Shown here: positions 24,183-29,235 of the stretch, piece by piece
Numbering within the stretch: position 1 is the first letter of the stretch
Layout: each line of letters opens with the position of its first letter
NCBI GenBank assembly: GCA_049585515.1
Contig: JBAVAA010000740.1
Coordinates: 1 to 29,235 of the forward strand
Origin: Terriglobales bacterium
GTDB taxonomy: Bacteria; Acidobacteriota; Terriglobia; Terriglobales; Acidobacteriaceae
DNA length: 29,235 nucleotides
Reading direction: 5' to 3'
The notes under the pieces: model-generated
Database searches by the model: none
What the model saw: the letters and a program-made list of their open reading frames with translations, nothing else
Told to the model about the DNA's origin: nothing
Program-made: the position numbers and the translations under genes

Positions 24183-26804
24183 TCAATGCGGCGGCGGATC
24201 GCTGTCGGTGCCTTTAGACGGCGCAGCCGCGTTCTTGTCATTTTTCGGGGAGTTACTATCTCCCTTGAAAACCCCTACAATTTTGCCGAAGAGGCTTTTC
24301 TTTTTCCTTGCTTCCTCGTCGGGAGTCGATTGAATGCCTGATGATTGGACACCGGAGGCGGCCTGCGGGTTCCCGTTGGTGGTGGGCGGAGGCAGCGCTT
24401 TCTCGGAATTTCCACCGAATATACGGGAGAAGAAGCCCTGCACGCCGCGCGACTGGTCGCAGGTATCGTGCGGTTCGGTGCCGGAAATAAAAGCGATCGT
24501 GTAGTCGTCGGGGCAGGATGGTGTCGCCAACCGGTTGGTGATCTTGTCGAGTTGCACATCGACCACGCCTTCGGGCTGAGTGAAGGGCTTCGCGTCCGAA
24601 TACTGGGGCAGCGTGATTGCCTTCTTCATGAACTCCGCCCAGATGGGTGCGGCAGTCTGCGCTCCGCTCAGGCGTATGTCGCTGTAATCGTCGTATCCCA
24701 CCCAGATGATGCATAGCAGATTGCTGGTGTATCCGGCGAACCAGCCGTCGTGCGAAGTTCCCGTCTTACCCGCTGCCGGGGCGGTGAATCCACGGGTGCG
24801 TACCCCGGCGGCGGTGCCGAAATTCATCACGCCTTCTAGCATGTTGGTCATCACGAAAGCGATGCGCGGGTCGAGAACCTGCGTTTTGGAAGTTCCAAAG
24901 TTAAGGACGATATCGCCCTTGGAATTGCGCACCGAATTTACGAAAACGGGAGAAAGCCTCATGCCGCCATTGGCAAAGCTGGTGTAGGCGGACGTCATGT
25001 CGACCGGGGTTGCGTCGTAGGCGCCCAGGGCCATTGCCGGCGTCGCTTTCACCGAGACGATTCCGGCCGACCTGGCCAAATCGGCCACTTTATCGTAGCC
25101 CACCTCTTCCGCAACTTTTACTGTGGCATTGTTGAGCGAAAGCGCCAGCGCGTAGCGCAGCGTGACATCGCCGTGATACTCCTCTTTGTAATTGCGCGGC
25201 TCATAGATCTGGTCGCCATAAGAGAATGTGGAAGGTTGGTCAGTGACGATGGACGCCGGAGTGATTACGGACGTTGAGCCGTCGATCGCGGTATTCATGG
25301 CGGCCGCGTAAACAAATGGCTTGAAGATGGAGCCGGTAGGACGCTTGGCGAGGGCGTGGTTCAGTTGGCTCGCTCCGTAATTGCGTCCGCCGACCAGCGC
25401 CTTGATTTCGCCAGTATGTGGGTCCATGGCGACGAGAGCCACTTGCGCCTGTGGGCCGGGCGTGACCGTCGTTTCATATTTGCCCTTGGCGATCTTAATC
25501 CTCTTGGTGCGCATCTTGGTCACTTGATCGTCCACCAGCTTGATGCCTGTTTCCACCGCTTGCGCGGCCGCCCGTTGCAGATCGGGATCGAGCGTGGTGT
25601 AAATACGATATTCCTGCTCATTCACCTCGTGCTCATTCAGTCGGCCGATGATGGTGTCGCGCACCATGTCCACAAAGTACGGGGCATCGCTGGCCTCAAC
25701 ATTGGGCGGTGCCAGCTTCAGCGGCGTGGCCTTGGCTTTGTCGGCTTGCTCGCGGGTGATGTCATGAGTCTCGACCATGGATTCAATCACGGTATTGCGC
25801 CGTTCGAGCGCGCGTTCGGGATGGCGATAGGGAGATAGCGCGCTGGGCGCCTGAATCAAACCGGCCAGAAGCGCGGCCTCGGGCAGGGTGATGTCTTTCA
25901 GGTCCTTATTGAAGTACGATCGCGACCCTTCGGCCAGGCCCGAGATAGTAAAGGAGCCGCGCTGGCCCAGATCGACGCGGTTGGCGTAAAACTCGAAGAT
26001 CTGTTGCTTGGAGAACTTCTGCTCGAGCTCCACCGCGATCAGCATCTCGATTAGCTTGCGTTTGAAGGTCTTTTCCGGGCTCAAGAAAAATGCCCGCGAT
26101 AGCTGCATGGTGATCGTAGAGCCGCCCTGCTGATGGCGCTGATGAGTGAAGTCGACCCACGCGGCCTCGGCGAGGCGCATAAAATTCACGCCGCTGTGCT
26201 GAAAAAAGCGGCGGTCTTCGATCGAGATCACCGCGTCCACCATGACCTTGGGAATGTCGTCATACTTCACCAGTTGCCTCTTGGACCGCTGCTCCGCGTC
26301 GAAGAGCGAGGTCAGCATCTGGGGCTCGAGTTCGTAGGCCTCCAGTTCTCCATCCGAGCGGCTGTTGATGTCTAAAACGCCTCCCCCGGCGACGGTGATG
26401 GTGGCCGCCTCGGGACTGTGATACGACTCGGGGCCGGGCATGATTTCGATGGAGCCGCCATGCACGCGATAGCTGCCCAACGGGGATTCGCCCTCCTTTT
26501 CCCGATAGCCGGCATGGCGCAGATTGGCCGCGATGGCGGAGACGGTTACTTTTGATCCGAGCCTCACCACCTGTGGAGCAGCGAAAATCTTGGCTGAGGT
26601 AGCGAACGCCGGACCGCGGAAGCGCTGCTCGATGATCCGGTCATATTTCACATACCAGTAGGTAAAAAAACCAATTACTACGAGCGATGCCAAGAGAAAA
26701 CCAAGCAAGGCATAGCGCACAATGGGATCGTCGGATCGCAGTTGACGGCCTTTTCCGCGTTGCCCTCTGCGTCCTATCGTCGGAATTTTCAGCTTAATGG
26801 CCAT
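24183..26804 (-). CDS. Class A penicillin-binding protein (PBP1B-like transglycosylase/transpeptidase)
   Basis: N-terminal TM and a UB2H-like segment; GT51 motifs EDRRFFQHSG and GGSTITMQL; transpeptidase motifs SIFK, SLN and KTG. Confidence 0.96.
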   Translation of the reverse strand: MAIKLKIPTIGRRGQRGKGRQLRSDDPIVRYALLGFLLASLVVIGFFTYWYVKYDRIIEQRFRGPAFATSAKIFAAPQVVRLGSKVTVSAIAANLRHAGYREKEGESPLGSYRVHGGSIEIMPGPESYHSPEAATITVAGGGVLDINSRSDGELEAYELEPQMLTSLFDAEQRSKRQLVKYDDIPKVMVDAVISIEDRRFFQHSGVNFMRLAEAAWVDFTHQRHQQGGSTITMQLSRAFFLSPEKTFKRKLIEMLIAVELEQKFSKQQIFEFYANRVDLGQRGSFTISGLAEGSRSYFNKDLKDITLPEAALLAGLIQAPSALSPYRHPERALERRNTVIESMVETHDITREQADKAKATPLKLAPPNVEASDAPYFVDMVRDTIIGRLNEHEVNEQEYRIYTTLDPDLQRAAAQAVETGIKLVDDQVTKMRTKRIKIAKGKYETTVTPGPQAQVALVAMDPHTGEIKALVGGRNYGASQLNHALAKRPTGSIFKPFVYAAAMNTAIDGSTSVITPASIVTDQPSTFSYGDQIYEPRNYKEEYHGDVTLRYALALSLNNATVKVAEEVGYDKVADLARSAGIVSVKATPAMALGAYDATPVDMTSAYTSFANGGMRLSPVFVNSVRNSKGDIVLNFGTSKTQVLDPRIAFVMTNMLEGVMNFGTAAGVRTRGFTAPAAGKTGTSHDGWFAGYTSNLLCIIWVGYDDYSDIRLSGAQTAAPIWAEFMKKAITLPQYSDAKPFTQPEGVVDVQLDKITNRLATPSCPDDYTIAFISGTEPHDTCDQSRGVQGFFSRIFGGNSEKALPPPTTNGNPQAASGVQSSGIQSTPDEEARKKKSLFGKIVGVFKGDSNSPKNDKNAAAPSKGTDSDPPPH

Positions 26805-27017
26805 GAAGACGGCGGTGCGTCGATTCCCAAAGCAATTCTCAGTCCGAAACGTTTTGGGGGCTAGAGTACGTTTGTGATCGATTCTAAATCACACCGCGCA
26901 CCTTACAACCGGTTGGATGCGTGTCAAAGGATAGACGTCGGTGGCGGGGAGTCGATGGACGGATTTAGCCCCGTGCCTCAAACCGACCTCCGCGAATGGC
27001 CAGGATTTACAGGATTT

Positions 27018-29235
27018 CTACCAGATAATCTTCGCTCCCAACTGAATGTGCCGCGCTCCACCCGAACCGATGACCGGGTTCGACGCTTCGACATCGGGCG
27101 TCGCGGAGGCGCGACCCAGGCTGTCCGGAGAGGTAAGATCGGAGCCCACCGAACCAGGGGCAAAGTTGGCATGGTTGGCAACGTTGAACATCTCGCCGCG
27201 GACCTGCAGCCTGATCCTTTCGCTCAGCCGCCAGATCTTGCTGATCGAAGCGTCTAAATTCACAAAGCCTGGTCCTCGAAAGATGTTTCGGCCCATGTTA
27301 CCGAAGGTTCCGACCGCCATTGGATAGAGCACGGTTCCATTCTCCGCAAAGCACCCGCCGACAATGCCCAGCGATTCCTGCAAAGCCGCGGTGTTCGCGG
27401 CGGATTGACATATCGGGTCGCTTGGATCCAGGAACGGTATTGGCCCCTTTGCCGACCATTTCAGGTTTCGAGGATCGCCTTTAATGTTCCAGCGCTCGTT
27501 GCTGGCGTTGTTCCCTTCGCCAGTTAGAGACAAATCATAGTAATCGTCAAAGAGCAATATTGGAGGCCCAGTCTGCCATTGAAAGATACCTGTCATTTGC
27601 CACCCCTCCAAGAGCTGTCCCCAGGAGCTGCGGGAGGGCAAATCATAAGTCGCGGAGGCTGTGAAGCGGTGGCGGATGTCATAGTCTCCATTCCCCTTCT
27701 CCGCCTGATAATTCAGGCTATTCTGCGGGATGAAGTCGATGGCCGTGTTGCTGGTAGCGCCGGCCACGTCGATAGCGTGCCCATATGTGTAGCCGGCGAG
27801 CAGGTAGAGTCCGCGAGAGTAACGATGCGTCAGCGTAACCTGAAGGCTCTGATAGGAGGAGGTCGACTTATTGCCCAGGGAGTTCAGGTATGAGATGTAT
27901 GGGAAACAGTTCTTGCCCGCGCCGACGGTGCAATTCGTCAAAGGCCGCGCACCGATTTCGCAGTCGGTGATGTCCGCGTTCTCGTAGCCGCCTTGGTTCG
28001 CAACGCATTGCGAAGAGAGAGCCTGGTCTGGCTGGTTAAGGTCAAGGATGCTATAGAGGTTCTGGCCCCGGTTGGCGACGTAAGCGATCTGCAGCAAAGT
28101 GCCAGGCATGAGTTGCTGCTGCACATTCAAGTTCCAATTCAACACATAAGGAGTCTTCAACTTCTGATCGACACCAAAAATAGTGCAGGGACTACCGGCA
28201 TTGCAGGCATTTGCAGACGTGTTTTTCACCGGAAAGATGGTGGGGTTGCCGGCGCAGTTGGGATCGGGATCGTCCTTGGCGCACCAATTGATCAAGGAAG
28301 TATCGCCATCGGTCAAGAGGAAGGAATTAATCGTTCCATTGGCGCCGGGTTGGATCAAGGCGCTTGGATTCAGGTTCAGGCCGCCGCCACCAAAGGCAAA
28401 AGTCCGAATCGAGGGTTCTACATAAATGAGGCCAAATCCAGCGCGCAGAATGGTTTTTCCGGTTCCAAAGACATCGAACGCAGCGCCGATGCGGGGAGAA
28501 AAGTTTGTCCAGTTGGTTTGGTAGGGCTGGCTGATTCCATAACCAACCTGAATCACGCCTTGGTTGGGAACAAAGTTCGCCAGTTGGTTATGTTGATCCT
28601 TAATGGGAAATGTGGCGTCGTAACGCAGGCCGAGATTTAGCGTGAGTCGAGGGGTGGCGCGAAAATCGTCCTGCACAAAAAGTCCGAAGGACTTCAGGCT
28701 AAGATCGCGTCCGGGATCTCCATAAAGCAGACTCCAATCGTGGACATTGCCGTTTCCGGCAAGGAAGTCCGGCAGGTAATGAAAGTCAATCCGGCCGCGC
28801 CCAGTGCTGGCACGAAAGTAGTTCACTCCGCCGTTGCTGAAAGCTCCACCGAAACGGAAAGCATGTTTTCCCACCGTGTACGAAACCGTGTCGGAATAGT
28901 TTTCGGTGTGGCTCGGCGTGGTGTCGAGAGGCCAGCTCGAGTTTCCGCCCAGATAGTTAAAGACGGAACTGGCCGGATTAATTCGCGGGAACCCGAACAG
29001 ACGAGGGTCGGTGATCCCGGTATTCAGGCCGTACTGGGTGGGATTGACGTTCGCATCCAGAGGGGCAATGGATTCGGTAAACCGGTTGTAACTGAAGCGC
29101 GCGACATTCACCAGGCGCGAGTTTGGCGTCCATGTCCAATCGACGCCAAAAACCTGGGTGATAGGCGCAGCGTGGGAAAGCCAGATCTGGCGAAGCGGGG
29201 ACGCATCTTCCTCAATCTGGTTCGAATTTGCGTAA
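27018..29235 (-). CDS. Oar-like TonB-dependent outer-membrane receptor (5' part outside the window)
   Basis: Frame is open to the window end; FVQDDF...LTLNLGLRYD, NFSPRIGAAFD, ILRAGFG, GRNIFRGPG and C-terminal RHIQLGAKIIW. Confidence 0.93.
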   Translation of the reverse strand, partial: YANSNQIEEDASPLRQIWLSHAAPITQVFGVDWTWTPNSRLVNVARFSYNRFTESIAPLDANVNPTQYGLNTGITDPRLFGFPRINPASSVFNYLGGNSSWPLDTTPSHTENYSDTVSYTVGKHAFRFGGAFSNGGVNYFRASTGRGRIDFHYLPDFLAGNGNVHDWSLLYGDPGRDLSLKSFGLFVQDDFRATPRLTLNLGLRYDATFPIKDQHNQLANFVPNQGVIQVGYGISQPYQTNWTNFSPRIGAAFDVFGTGKTILRAGFGLIYVEPSIRTFAFGGGGLNLNPSALIQPGANGTINSFLLTDGDTSLINWCAKDDPDPNCAGNPTIFPVKNTSANACNAGSPCTIFGVDQKLKTPYVLNWNLNVQQQLMPGTLLQIAYVANRGQNLYSILDLNQPDQALSSQCVANQGGYENADITDCEIGARPLTNCTVGAGKNCFPYISYLNSLGNKSTSSYQSLQVTLTHRYSRGLYLLAGYTYGHAIDVAGATSNTAIDFIPQNSLNYQAEKGNGDYDIRHRFTASATYDLPSRSSWGQLLEGWQMTGIFQWQTGPPILLFDDYYDLSLTGEGNNASNERWNIKGDPRNLKWSAKGPIPFLDPSDPICQSAANTAALQESLGIVGGCFAENGTVLYPMAVGTFGNMGRNIFRGPGFVNLDASISKIWRLSERIRLQVRGEMFNVANHANFAPGSVGSDLTSPDSLGRASATPDVEASNPVIGSGGARHIQLGAKIIW

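Noticed and set aside
26873..26893. CRP site
   Set aside because: The TGTGA...TCACA spacer is 11 bp, not the 6 bp required.
176..28640. Many long antisense or alternate-frame ORFs (e.g. 3191-3994, 4315-4989, 9075-9743, 17195-17908, 27993-28640)
   Set aside because: They overlap well-supported genes, have no recognisable motifs, and are expected in GC-rich DNA.

Overview
GC-rich bacterial chromosome segment. Gene content and repeat style suggest Acidobacteriota, probably Terriglobales (inference). It is mostly envelope and housekeeping genes: rnc followed by three tandem signal peptidase I genes, TPR proteins, a PLP-dependent decarboxylase, an ECF sigma/ZAS anti-sigma pair, tRNA-Ala(GGC) followed by a probable decayed island scar, an M23 peptidase, a STAS-pseudoreceiver, a DAG-kinase-family protein, an S10 peptidase, purM, a long Lhr helicase, vapBC, a kdsC-like phosphatase, a class A PBP and the 3' part of an Oar/TonB-dependent receptor. 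The most notable observations are: (1) an anti-sigma with a ZAS-TM-TonB_C-like architecture, paired with a sigma that has a good autoregulatory ECF promoter; (2) REP-like palindromes and tandem repeats inserted in frame inside lhr, one of them matching intergenic copies in this window; (3) rnc bracketed by two long inverted-repeat doublets; (4) the lepB triplication; (5) a structured candidate sRNA between kdsC and a TPR gene; (6) many 9-15 bp micro-duplications and several apparently leaderless genes. No CRISPR array, rRNA or intact transposase/integrase was seen. No database searches could be run, so family calls rest on motif recognition.
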